Positions 29,843 through 39,320 of a stretch of 64,000 nt of DNA are shown here, one piece after another. Each line of letters begins with the position of its first letter. Positions within the stretch are counted from its first letter, which is position 1. A model generated the notes under the pieces. That model made no database searches. It saw nothing but the letters and a program-made list of their open reading frames with translations, and was not told the DNA's origin. Made by a program: the position numbers and the translations under genes. Origin of the DNA: Puniceicoccaceae bacterium (GTDB lineage: Bacteria; Verrucomicrobiota; Verrucomicrobiia; Opitutales; Oceanipulchritudinaceae); assembly GCA_040830765.1 (NCBI GenBank), contig JBFOMH010000004.1, positions 238,717 through 302,716 on the forward strand, given 5' to 3'.

Positions 29843-31945
29843 ATGAAGCGTATCCAAATCTTAAGTACAATCTTTGCCTGTGCCCTGGGTGGTACCATGG
29901 TGTCCGGTCATTCGGATCCCCGCCATCTGGTCCCGGATGAGGCACCACGGACCTGGATCCTGCACGGGCAGCAGGCGGCCTTTGCTGAATTCAGCCAGGG
30001 AGAAGGCGCAGCCTATTTTGAAACCATCAAGGCCGACCTTGATGCATACTGGATGGATTGGTCGTTTCCGGACGAGCCGGCGACCTACGGGGATCCAGAA
30101 CCAAGCAAGCGCACCAGTGAGATGGTTGACAAATGGCGGGCGATGCAGGACCTCACGGGGCAGGTGACAGGAGTTGCTGAAGCAGCGACACTGGTCTGGC
30201 TGGTCACGGGGGAAACAGTGTACCTTGAAAAGGCCCGTGACTTCCTCCTTGGGGCCACAAGCTGGGATCCCCTGGGCTCAACAGGCATCGATTACAACGA
30301 TGAGGCACACTTCCGGTTATTCAGAAAACTTCCCCAAATCTACGACCAATTGCGGCCCTACCTGACAGCAGAGGAAAAACAGCAGGTTCTCGAACATCTA
30401 AGCATCCGGGGCAACCGCAACATGGCTTCCATCCTCGAGCGTGGAGTTGCAGAGGTGAAGCGGAACTCGGTCGAGAAATCCCCACCCAGTCATTCGGTGC
30501 GCTTTATGCCGATGACGGGGCATGCGGCCCTGGCCCTCTGGGACGACCTGCCGGAGGCCCGGGATTGGTTTGATTTCGTCTACCACTGGTACCGCGATGT
30601 CTTCACGCCCTGGGGTGGGGACGATGGTGGATGGGCTGAGGGACCGGCCTACTGGAGGGGTGTTTATGAGCATGCTGTTTTCCAGGATGCTCTCCTGGCA
30701 ATCGGCGATTCGCTGGCCTACAACCAGCCATTCTGGCGCAACACGGGCTATTTTCAGGTTTATTTCGTCCAGCCTTATCCGACAACCGGTTTCGGGGACC
30801 TCTCCAACGGGGGGCAGTTCAACATGGAGCCGGGGGTGAAACACTTTCTCGACCACTTGGCCCGTGTTAATGGCGATGGTCATCTCATTGCCTACACCCA
30901 AAATTATGAGGATGCGCGACCCTTGCCAAGGAACATGGGAATGAAGGTTCTCTACCGGGCTTATCCGGTGGCGGCAGAATATTGGGTCCGCGAATTTATT
31001 GCTTCAGACCGTCCGATGCCGGAACCAGCCTCCCTGACGGATATTCCCGGCTCCCGGCATTTCCGGGGAATTGGCTGGGTTGCCATGCACAGTGCCCTTG
31101 GGCAGCCGGAGGAGGACATCATGCTCGCCTTCAAGAGCAGCCTTTATGGATCCTTCAGCCACAGTCATGGCGACCAGAATTCCTTTATCCTCAATGCCTA
31201 TGGGGAGCAATTGGCGATTAACTCCGGATACCGGGAGTATCACCGGTCCCAGATGCACAAGTACTACACCCGTCACACCGTGTCGAAGAACAACATTCTC
31301 ATCAGTCGCCGCGGTCAGGAAGTGCAGGACAAGACGGCAACCGGGCGGATAAGTCGGTTTGAGACGGGAGATCGATACGTCTGGACCACCGGGGATGCGA
31401 CGGTGGCCTTCAATACCATGCAGGCCCGCGACGACGAGGTGAGGCAGGCTCTCAGGGATATCGTCTTTGTCGATAACCGGTACTTTATCATTCGTGACCA
31501 CGTTCGTTTGCGCTCTCCCGGGCGCATCGACTGGCTTCTCCATGCACGTGGTCCGTTCCGCCATGATGAGACCAGCGGATCCATGCTTATCGAGCAAAAT
31601 GGAGTCTATCTCCATGGCCGGCTGCATTCCATGCATAGCGGATTGCAGATGAAGGCATGGACTGGATTCGAGATCGAGCCGGATCCGAAGTACAAGGACC
31701 CTGTCTTCATCAAGACTCAAGCCTACCTGCGGGAACCCGCTGTTGATCAGGCCCACTTCCAGGCGAACACAAAGCAAGACAAGGATGAGCACATCGTTTT
31801 CGCCATTCTATGGCCCTCGCGGTCCATGGAAGACGGGGCCGCACTGGAGATTGTCCCTGTCGACGCTGAGACAATCGAGGTCATCCGTCCCGACGGTAAA
31901 ACCGACCGAATCGTCCTTAACGGGGACAGCCTGAGGATTGACTAA
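29843..31945 (+). CDS. Heparinase II/III-domain exo-lyase, PL15-like oligoalginate lyase, with signal peptide
   Basis: Motifs YNDEAHFR, SHSVR, GGWAEGPAYW and FKSS.YGS.SHSHGDQNSF.L.AYGE.LAI.SGY, which resemble characterised PL15 enzymes. N-terminus MKRIQILSTIFACALGG is signal-like. Confidence 0.8.
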   Translation: MKRIQILSTIFACALGGTMVSGHSDPRHLVPDEAPRTWILHGQQAAFAEFSQGEGAAYFETIKADLDAYWMDWSFPDEPATYGDPEPSKRTSEMVDKWRAMQDLTGQVTGVAEAATLVWLVTGETVYLEKARDFLLGATSWDPLGSTGIDYNDEAHFRLFRKLPQIYDQLRPYLTAEEKQQVLEHLSIRGNRNMASILERGVAEVKRNSVEKSPPSHSVRFMPMTGHAALALWDDLPEARDWFDFVYHWYRDVFTPWGGDDGGWAEGPAYWRGVYEHAVFQDALLAIGDSLAYNQPFWRNTGYFQVYFVQPYPTTGFGDLSNGGQFNMEPGVKHFLDHLARVNGDGHLIAYTQNYEDARPLPRNMGMKVLYRAYPVAAEYWVREFIASDRPMPEPASLTDIPGSRHFRGIGWVAMHSALGQPEEDIMLAFKSSLYGSFSHSHGDQNSFILNAYGEQLAINSGYREYHRSQMHKYYTRHTVSKNNILISRRGQEVQDKTATGRISRFETGDRYVWTTGDATVAFNTMQARDDEVRQALRDIVFVDNRYFIIRDHVRLRSPGRIDWLLHARGPFRHDETSGSMLIEQNGVYLHGRLHSMHSGLQMKAWTGFEIEPDPKYKDPVFIKTQAYLREPAVDQAHFQANTKQDKDEHIVFAILWPSRSMEDGAALEIVPVDAETIEVIRPDGKTDRIVLNGDSLRID

Positions 31946-31957
31946 GCAATCTGAGCC

Positions 31958-32782
31958 CTACCACCAGCCCAGCTCACGGGCCCGTTTCAATGCTTCCTCA
32001 AGAGGGGCCAGATACGGGTGCCACTGGCGCTCCCACTCCAGGCTTACCATACCGGCAAAGTCTTCCGCGCACAGCAGTTGCAGGGTTCCCGGTAAGTCGA
32101 ATTCACCCTCGCCCAGCTGAACATAGGTGAAGGGATGGCGTGCCGAGGGTTCGCTGATGCTGTCCTTGATGTGGATGTGTCGGGTGTAGGGCTTAACCAC
32201 TTCCCAGGTCACGGGCACCGCATCGCCCGCTTTTTTCCAGGTGTGGTGGGTGTCCCAGATGATAGGTACCGGCTCCTCGAGAGAGTCCTGCAGCTGTTGC
32301 ATGGCAACCCTCGATACGAGGCAGTCATGGGTCTCGATGCCAATGTCGGTCGCCCATCCGTAGGTCCGCTTCTGATCACGCCACCAACTGATGGTGTCCA
32401 GGGCCGCCTCGTGTGCCTCCGCGGGGAGTTCCTCCCCAACGCTTCCTCCGTCGAATACCCGAATCAGCGGAACCTTTGTCCCCTCGGCCCACTCCACAAA
32501 TTCAAGGAATGCCTCCCGATCCTCGGGCTTGTTTCCAACTAATTTCAAGGACGCGTTCAGGGCCGTCAGGGATACGCCTTCCCCTTCCAGAAAGCGGGCC
32601 AGGTTATCCGGGCTTCCGTATTGTTCCTGGAATAATCCCGGCAGGTCCACCCGCCCTTCAAGGGTTCTTAAATCCAAATATTGCAGGTCAAACCGTTTCG
32701 CCAATGCCACCACCTCCGGAAGGCTCATCTCCGGGCAGCCCAGAGTCGAAAAGGTCCACTTCAAATCCTTCGTTTCTTTCAT
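31958..32782 (-). CDS. Sugar-phosphate isomerase/epimerase, xylose-isomerase-like TIM barrel (AP_endonuc_2)
   Basis: Motifs FSTLGCP, IRVF, IETHD, WDTHH, HIHIKD and SLEWE. Confidence 0.82.
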   Translation of the reverse strand: MKETKDLKWTFSTLGCPEMSLPEVVALAKRFDLQYLDLRTLEGRVDLPGLFQEQYGSPDNLARFLEGEGVSLTALNASLKLVGNKPEDREAFLEFVEWAEGTKVPLIRVFDGGSVGEELPAEAHEAALDTISWWRDQKRTYGWATDIGIETHDCLVSRVAMQQLQDSLEEPVPIIWDTHHTWKKAGDAVPVTWEVVKPYTRHIHIKDSISEPSARHPFTYVQLGEGEFDLPGTLQLLCAEDFAGMVSLEWERQWHPYLAPLEEALKRARELGWW

Positions 32783-32789
32783 CTTTTCG

Positions 32790-32803
32790 TTAATAATTAT
32801 GAA
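32790..32803. promoter_or_regulatory. Putative operator, copy 2 (TTAATAATTATGAA), between the divergent isomerase and SDR genes
   Basis: 13/14 match to the palindrome, in a 79-bp divergent intergenic region. Confidence 0.7.
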
Positions 32804-32861
32804 TTTTATGTTGCCTGAATCGGGTAGGGAGGCAAGTTAATTTGCCAAGAGAGGAAAGACC

Positions 32862-33626
32862 ATGGGAGACTTAAAAGGAAAACGGGCCCTCGTGACCGCA
32901 GGCGGTCAGGGCATTGGACTGGCGATCAGCGAGGAGTTGGCAAAAGCGGGCTGTGATGTCTGCATCCACTATTTCAGTAGCGCTGTGGAGGTCAATGATC
33001 TGCATCGCGACTGGGGCCTTGACGCGGAGCAGAAATTAGCGGCCTTTCAGGCGGATTTGTGCAGTGAAGCGGAAGCGACTGAACTGGTCGGGAAGACGGT
33101 TGAACGGCTTGGCGGACTGGATATATTGATCAACAACGCTGGTTCACTGGTGGAACGCCGACTTCTCGGACAAGTCGATGAGGATATTTATCGTCAGGTA
33201 ATGGACCTGAACCTTGCTTCCATGGCCTGGGTTACCCGCGAGGCGGCTTCCCATCTAAAGGCGGCAGGGGAGGCCAGTATCGTCAACCTTGCCTCCCTGG
33301 CAGGCCGCAAAGGGGGGCACCCCGGATCCTTGCTCTACTCCACCGCGAAGGGAGCTGTGCTGACTTGGACCCGTGCTTTGGCCACTGAGCTGGCTCCGGA
33401 CGGAATCCGCGTCAATGCCGTTGCCCCGGGCTTGATTCTGGGCACCAGTTTTCATGCCACGCACACGACCCGTGAGTCTGCTGAGGCCACGATCCAGGGA
33501 ATTCCTCTTGGCCGCGCCGGCAATCCGGGGGACGTTGCCCGGGCGGTCCGTTTCTTTGCCTCCGAGTATGATGGGTTTACCACCGGCGCCACCCTCGACA
33601 TCAATGGCGGCGTCTATTCCGCTTGA
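32862..33626 (+). CDS. SDR oxidoreductase, DEH (4-deoxy-L-erythro-5-hexoseulose uronate) reductase-like
   Basis: Motifs TAGGQGIG, NNAG and YSTAK. The C-terminal APGLILGT.FH.THT...IPLGRAG...ASEYDGF.TGATLDINGG resembles alginate-pathway DEH reductases (recalled, not searched). Confidence 0.75.
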   Translation: MGDLKGKRALVTAGGQGIGLAISEELAKAGCDVCIHYFSSAVEVNDLHRDWGLDAEQKLAAFQADLCSEAEATELVGKTVERLGGLDILINNAGSLVERRLLGQVDEDIYRQVMDLNLASMAWVTREAASHLKAAGEASIVNLASLAGRKGGHPGSLLYSTAKGAVLTWTRALATELAPDGIRVNAVAPGLILGTSFHATHTTRESAEATIQGIPLGRAGNPGDVARAVRFFASEYDGFTTGATLDINGGVYSA

Positions 33627-33668
33627 TCCTCGCCTCCTGTCCACTGCCGGCAAAATTATTAGAAATCC

Positions 33669-33682
33669 ATAATAATTATTAT
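33669..33682. promoter_or_regulatory. Putative operator, copy 3 (perfect palindrome ATAATAATTATTAT), upstream of the LacI regulator
   Basis: Perfect 14-bp palindrome about 70 bp upstream of the regulator start; suggests autoregulation. Confidence 0.7.
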
Positions 33683-33751
33683 ATTGTCAGGCGAAGTTTC
33701 TTTCTTAAAAGAAAGGAAATGCACGGAAAAATTTCTTAACGAGGCAGTGGA

Positions 33752-34834
33752 ATGGCCAAAAAGATATCACAAATTCAGATAGCCAAGGAGTTGGGGGTTT
33801 CCCAGTCCCTGGTTTCCATCGTTCTCAATGGGCGCAAGGAGGGGATTGCCCCGGCCACCTACGAGCGCATCTGGGATTATGCACGGGAGCATGGTTATTC
33901 GCCAAAAGGCATGAAGATGCCGCTGGACTCAGGGATGGGAGACAGTTCCATGAAAGCGGTGGGTTACTTTCTCCGGGCCCCATTGAGGCTGGCCAACAAG
34001 AGTAATTTCTTCAGCCACGTGGCCCAGGGTCTGCATGATTACCTGAGAGGGCAGAATGTGAACATGGTCTTCCTTGGATCGGAAGCAGACATTTTCCCGG
34101 ACGAATTACGGACTCCCAGTTGGCAGAAAATGCCGCTGGCCGGGATTGTCATCATGGGCGAAGTCCAGCCGGACTTTCTCAGTGCGGTCCGCGAGATGAA
34201 CCGGCCGCTGGTCTACCTGAGCGCGCGTAGCCCGGGATTTTGCCACTCTGTCAATGCCAACGAATACCAGGCCGCTGAGGACCTGGTAGACCACCTGTAT
34301 GAATTAGGCCACCGCCACTTTGCCTTCCTCGGCGGAATGTGTGCCAAGATGCGCAATGATGAGCGCCTTGCTGGCTTGCGCAGGGCCCTCGCGCGCCACG
34401 ACCTGGAGCTGCCCGAGTCCGCCGTCCTGACTCTCGATGATGCGGAAAGGAAGCAGGGCTACCAAATGGTGGGAATGCTCCTCGAAAATCCGCCCGACCC
34501 CTTCCCGACAGCCATGGTCTGTGTCAATGGGCTTCTCGCCAGGGGCGTCCTCGGGCGCCTCTTTGAGGAAGGACTCAAGGTGGGGAAGGATATTAGCGTG
34601 GTCGCCTTTGATAATACGCGGGTCTGCTCCGAGGAGTTGCCTGGAATTACCAGCGCCTCCTCCATGCCGGAGGAACTGGGCCGTGAGTCCGGCCGGATTC
34701 TCCTCGACCCCAATCTCCACGGCGGGGATTCCCTCCTTGATGTCGTTCTCCCGTCCAAGTTTTTCCTCCGGGAAAGTTCAGGACCCACTTCCTCCCCCGC
34801 AAAACAACTCCAATCGCTTCTCGCAGGAAGCTGA
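33752..34834 (+). CDS. LacI-family transcriptional regulator
   Basis: N-terminal HTH IAKELGVSQSLVSIVLNG plus a periplasmic-binding-fold sensor domain (HLYELGHRHFAF, DISVVAFD, RESS). Confidence 0.9.
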   Translation: MAKKISQIQIAKELGVSQSLVSIVLNGRKEGIAPATYERIWDYAREHGYSPKGMKMPLDSGMGDSSMKAVGYFLRAPLRLANKSNFFSHVAQGLHDYLRGQNVNMVFLGSEADIFPDELRTPSWQKMPLAGIVIMGEVQPDFLSAVREMNRPLVYLSARSPGFCHSVNANEYQAAEDLVDHLYELGHRHFAFLGGMCAKMRNDERLAGLRRALARHDLELPESAVLTLDDAERKQGYQMVGMLLENPPDPFPTAMVCVNGLLARGVLGRLFEEGLKVGKDISVVAFDNTRVCSEELPGITSASSMPEELGRESGRILLDPNLHGGDSLLDVVLPSKFFLRESSGPTSSPAKQLQSLLAGS

Positions 34835-34985
34835 GATTCGGCTAAATGGAGGCTTTCCTGGCCGCCGCATTCATCCGTACCCCCCGTTCCATGCAGATTC
34901 CAGAGGGAACCTTTTCCCTCAAAACAGGACAGAGTTATCCATTCCCGACCCCCTTTTCCCATTGTACAGAAATGGAAAAAACCCG

Positions 34986-35018
34986 TTGACACGCCAGAAA
35001 GCCATTAATAATTATGAA
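34986..35018 (+). promoter_or_regulatory. TonB-receptor promoter: TTGACA -35 with operator copy 4 (TTAATAATTATGAA, 35005-35018) over the -10 region
   Basis: TTGACA at 34986-34991; the palindrome covers the expected -10 position. Confidence 0.7.
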
Positions 35019-35071
35019 ACCGCTTATCTAATAACTCTCCCGTTTAACTAGCTGAAAATCACCTTATCCCC

Positions 35072-38000
35072 ATGAAGCGACACGTCTGTACACGAACCCT
35101 GATAACCTTTTCCGCTCTCCTTGGCGGGAGCATTTTGTTCGGACAAGAGAACCAGTCGAATGATAATTCGCTGGTCTTTGAGTTGTCCCCGTTCGAAGTC
35201 TCGACTGACCGGGACGTCGGCTATCTTTCGACCAACTCCACTTCGGGGACCAGCTTGAACATCGCCATCAAGGATCTCCCGATGGCCATTCAGGTGGTCA
35301 ACCAGGAGCTCATTGGTGACCTGCAGGCCTCCACGCTTAATGAGGCCCTTGATTACACAGCTGGGGTTTTCTCGAGCAGTACAGCCGCCAGCAGTGCGGT
35401 CACCCGCGGAGGTCCAACCGGTAATGACCGCTCCATTTCCTCAGCCAGTGGCGGAAGATTCTCCAACCGCCTCTTCATCCGTGGCGTGGCGACCCCTTAC
35501 CAGAACCGGGATGGTTTCCGCAACGGCGGGCTTGTTATTACTCCAAACAGCGCCATTGCATTGGGGGGACTACTGGATTCGGTCAACATGGACCGTATTG
35601 AAGTTGTCCGCGGACCGAACTCCCTCCTCTATGGGGTCGGTGTGCTGACCGGTATCGCCAATGTGATTGCCAAGAAGCCGCTTTCCGAAAACCGCTTTCA
35701 GGTGGGAACAACAGTGGGCAGCTTCAATCAGCTGAGGGGAACCGCTGACATTACCGGCCCGCTGAATGCTGAATGGATTCCGGGTGAGTTGAACTGGAGG
35801 ATTGCCGGAGCCGCGGAGGCCCGGGACGGGTATGTTGATTACACCGCATCGGAAACCCGGTATTGGGTTGCCCAACTGGATTACCATCCGACCAAGTGGA
35901 TGTCCGTTTTTCTTGAATACCAGAGTGGTTATGATGAACGGCAGGGAATCGGTGGCCGTTGGATCCTTGATTCGGCAGGCAAGAACACCGAATTCCGCAA
36001 TGAGTTTGATGAGCCCTACAACTGGGCCCGGCGCAAGGGTGAGATCGAGGGTCTCCGTCCAATCCTTGCCGATACCTACGACACCAATGTGAACTACATC
36101 GTGCGCGGCACGACCGAGGATTCCGGCGCTGGCTGGAAACTGGGTGATGAGACGTTCGTCGGGGGTGGATTTAACGAGAAAACGTACCGGATCAGTGGAC
36201 CGGACACCTTTGCCGAGCGCGACGAGGATAATATTCTCATCGACCTGACGCTGCGGCCCCTCGAAAACCTCACCGTTACGGCTGGTGCATTTTTGACAAG
36301 CCAGGAAACCGAAGAGTTGAATGTCAACATGAGCACCACGGGCTCAACCCCGCAGGCCCTGATTACGGAAATCACCTCGGATGCGCAATTTAACGCACTC
36401 TACGAGAGCAATGGTATCTATGGGATCAAAATGCCCGCGATTGTCCAGGATTACTTCGGTCTGCAAACCGAAATCAACCAGGACACCCATCCCGGGGACT
36501 GGGTGGTTCCCAATACGACGGATGACCTGAAGTACGTTCAGTATTATTGGGACCGGGAAATCGTTCGCGCAGATAGTGAACAGTACCGGATCCGTGCCGT
36601 GTACGATTTCGAGCATGAACTGTTCGGTTCGACCGTCGAGCATACGCTCCTTGCCGGTTTCTCCTACATTGAGGATGACGTGGACTTTCCGGATGGCAAC
36701 CTGACCACTTCCAATGCCCGTGCGAAACGCGACACTTATACCGTCCGGGACGAGAATGGAGAAATCGTCCTCGATGACAATGGCGATCCGGTCATTGCTG
36801 AATCCGAGTATACCAGTGTCATCTCCAACTACCCGGGTGGCATTCCGGATCTTCCCAACGGAGTCAGCAACCAGTATGCCCGGGATTTCGATGCCCTGCA
36901 TTACCGGTCAATAGCTGACTTCAGCCCCATCCGGCTAGGGGACTCACCAGTCGCCAGGGCTGGGGACATCTACCTGAACCAGGTCATCAAGCAGGAGGGC
37001 AAGTATTTCATCTATCAGGGCAAGTTCCTTAACGACCGCCTTAACATCGTCTTCGGGCTCCGTGAAGACAGCTACAATGCCCGCCAGTTCACCTATGACC
37101 GTGTTGGTGTTGACAAGGACTACCTGCTGGAAGCCGCTTTGAATTCGGTCATTTTCACATCCCGCAACAGTGCCGGAGGCGCGGCCATTCCGGCTGATGC
37201 GCCTGGATTCAGCGATCAGGCCACGAAGGAAGAGGTGCTCAATTCCATCTCCTCCACCGGCAAGGGAATTCCCAGTGATGTCCAGGCTGAGTTTGATGCC
37301 TGGGATCCTGCCGACAACGGCGGCCAGCTGAATCCGTACGGATTTACCGTGGCCCAGAACAATGTCTTTGCTGATTACATGAGCATTGGCACACGTGGCG
37401 GCGGTTACATTACCAGCTTTTACTCCAGCAACATCGAAGGGGAGAACAGTGGTTTCTTTGGCCTCTCCAACCGTGGCGGTGATCCAGGAGAGACTTTCGG
37501 TGCTCTACCCGATACGACCATTAATATTTTCGAGGAGGATGTTAAGGCCACCAGCGGAACGTTCGGTGTCAGCTATGCGGTCACGGATAACTTCTCCGTT
37601 TATGGCGTTTATTCCGAAGGCATCAGTCCGAATACCGCCCTTCGAGACGGCTCCGGTGAAATTATCCCGGCTGAGCGGGCCGAAAACAAGGAGTTCGGCA
37701 TCAAGTTCGATATCGAGGACACTCCGGTTGGTCGCTTCTCCGGCAGCGTGGCAGTCTATGAAATTGATCGGTACAATGGGATCTGGAACATGCCCATTGC
37801 CCCGTCTCCAGCCAGCTGGATGGACGCCGGCACGAGCCAGAACCGGGTCCGCTGGGGCACCCCAACGTATGATCCGAACGCCCCGACGGTTTATAACATC
37901 AAGGCTGAATATCTGAATGAGTACCTTGGAGAGGTCTACAATCTGGATCCTGACAGTCTGAACCTGATCTCCCAGAGCGGAGTAGGGCTGGTTCAACAAG

Positions 38001-39271
38001 TCGAGCTGGATGAACTACCGGATGATCTGACCCGCCGCGAAAAACAACTTCTGCGCCGGGAAATCAGCCAAACGGCGATTATTCCTGCCGAATATGCTCA
38101 GGATCGTATCTCCGGGAACGACTTTGGCGGGGCGATTTCCACCCAGACCGCCATCATGACCGCCAGTGGCCTCGACGAGCTGTTTGAAGTCACCCTCTAC
38201 AGCACGGAGGAACAGGCATTTGTCACCAAGCAGATCAGTCCCTTTGGCCCCATTTATGCAGCGTTTATGAACCGGGAACTGGACCCCACCAAGAATCCTC
38301 TGATTCTGCCATTTACCCCGATTGACTATCGCCCCAACCGGCAAACCCAGCCCAATCCGTGGAACAATCCGGGAATTCGCAATGGTGCCTTGGTCGTTTT
38401 TGATGAGACTATCACCGGCTATGAATTGGAACTGTTCTGGACGCTGAACGAAAACCTCCAGTTCATTTTCGCCTACAGCCATACCGAGCGGGAAGCTCTT
38501 GATGATTTCCAGTACTCGGATTACGAATCGATTGTCGGAACGGAGATCAATGGCTTTATTGCTCCCTTTGGCGAGATATACCGTGAGTATGGCTGGGAGA
38601 ATGCCGGTTACCAATTGGCCTGGGTGGACCATGATGCCTATGCCCCGCTTCGGGATGCCGGCGACGGCACAGTCACTTTGGATGATCTGGGTGCTGCCGT
38701 TGTGGAAGTGGTTCCCAGTGAACAAGTTGATGAAACGATTTCTGTGAGTGAAATGGCCTCCCGCAATGCCCAAGGCCAAATCCCGCTCTTTGTTGATCAG
38801 AACGGAGCCATCGTTGACCGGAACAACTTGCCGCGGCCGTCCGATTACAGCAATTCCATCGACGGCGTCAGCCTGAACTTCAATCCGGAAGATGAGGTTA
38901 CGGCCCGATTCCGCTACAAGTTCACCGAGTCCAAGCTGGACGGCCTTGCCATCACCGGCGGGGTCAAGTACACAGGTCCTTCCAAAACGAGTGTCTTGTT
39001 CCGCTCACAGAGTCCGCTCAACGAATTGACCTTTACACCGGAGGCATCTGACCACGTTGTCTTCGACATTGGGGCCTCCTATGACTGGGTCTGGGATAAT
39101 ATTCGATTCCGCTTGCGCGTGAATATCTACAACCTTTTCGATGATACCTACGACGTGACCACGACCACCCTGTCGACGCCCAATCCGATCACGGGGCAGA
39201 AAATCACCCGCAGGACCGAACGTTTCTACACACCAACCACTTGGAGGATCGGTTTGTCCGCCTCCTTCTAA
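35072..39271 (+). CDS. TonB-dependent outer-membrane receptor (very large, 1399 aa)
   Basis: Signal peptide; VFELSPFEV; plug motifs IKDLPMAIQVV and DRIEVVRGPNSLLYG; C-terminal NIYNLFD...PTTWRIGLSASF with terminal Phe. Confidence 0.92.
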   Translation: MKRHVCTRTLITFSALLGGSILFGQENQSNDNSLVFELSPFEVSTDRDVGYLSTNSTSGTSLNIAIKDLPMAIQVVNQELIGDLQASTLNEALDYTAGVFSSSTAASSAVTRGGPTGNDRSISSASGGRFSNRLFIRGVATPYQNRDGFRNGGLVITPNSAIALGGLLDSVNMDRIEVVRGPNSLLYGVGVLTGIANVIAKKPLSENRFQVGTTVGSFNQLRGTADITGPLNAEWIPGELNWRIAGAAEARDGYVDYTASETRYWVAQLDYHPTKWMSVFLEYQSGYDERQGIGGRWILDSAGKNTEFRNEFDEPYNWARRKGEIEGLRPILADTYDTNVNYIVRGTTEDSGAGWKLGDETFVGGGFNEKTYRISGPDTFAERDEDNILIDLTLRPLENLTVTAGAFLTSQETEELNVNMSTTGSTPQALITEITSDAQFNALYESNGIYGIKMPAIVQDYFGLQTEINQDTHPGDWVVPNTTDDLKYVQYYWDREIVRADSEQYRIRAVYDFEHELFGSTVEHTLLAGFSYIEDDVDFPDGNLTTSNARAKRDTYTVRDENGEIVLDDNGDPVIAESEYTSVISNYPGGIPDLPNGVSNQYARDFDALHYRSIADFSPIRLGDSPVARAGDIYLNQVIKQEGKYFIYQGKFLNDRLNIVFGLREDSYNARQFTYDRVGVDKDYLLEAALNSVIFTSRNSAGGAAIPADAPGFSDQATKEEVLNSISSTGKGIPSDVQAEFDAWDPADNGGQLNPYGFTVAQNNVFADYMSIGTRGGGYITSFYSSNIEGENSGFFGLSNRGGDPGETFGALPDTTINIFEEDVKATSGTFGVSYAVTDNFSVYGVYSEGISPNTALRDGSGEIIPAERAENKEFGIKFDIEDTPVGRFSGSVAVYEIDRYNGIWNMPIAPSPASWMDAGTSQNRVRWGTPTYDPNAPTVYNIKAEYLNEYLGEVYNLDPDSLNLISQSGVGLVQQVELDELPDDLTRREKQLLRREISQTAIIPAEYAQDRISGNDFGGAISTQTAIMTASGLDELFEVTLYSTEEQAFVTKQISPFGPIYAAFMNRELDPTKNPLILPFTPIDYRPNRQTQPNPWNNPGIRNGALVVFDETITGYELELFWTLNENLQFIFAYSHTEREALDDFQYSDYESIVGTEINGFIAPFGEIYREYGWENAGYQLAWVDHDAYAPLRDAGDGTVTLDDLGAAVVEVVPSEQVDETISVSEMASRNAQGQIPLFVDQNGAIVDRNNLPRPSDYSNSIDGVSLNFNPEDEVTARFRYKFTESKLDGLAITGGVKYTGPSKTSVLFRSQSPLNELTFTPEASDHVVFDIGASYDWVWDNIRFRLRVNIYNLFDDTYDVTTTTLSTPNPITGQKITRRTERFYTPTTWRIGLSASF

Positions 39272-39320
39272 TGGCTGTACATAGTCTAACCATCAAATGA
39301 ACCCAAAACAAATAAAGAGT

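Noticed and set aside
34835..34985. Possible riboswitch or ncRNA upstream of the TonB receptor
   Set aside because: Only short hairpins are present (such as GAGGGAA-cct-TTCCCTC), with no cobalamin or TPP consensus. The predicted promoter lies downstream of this stretch.
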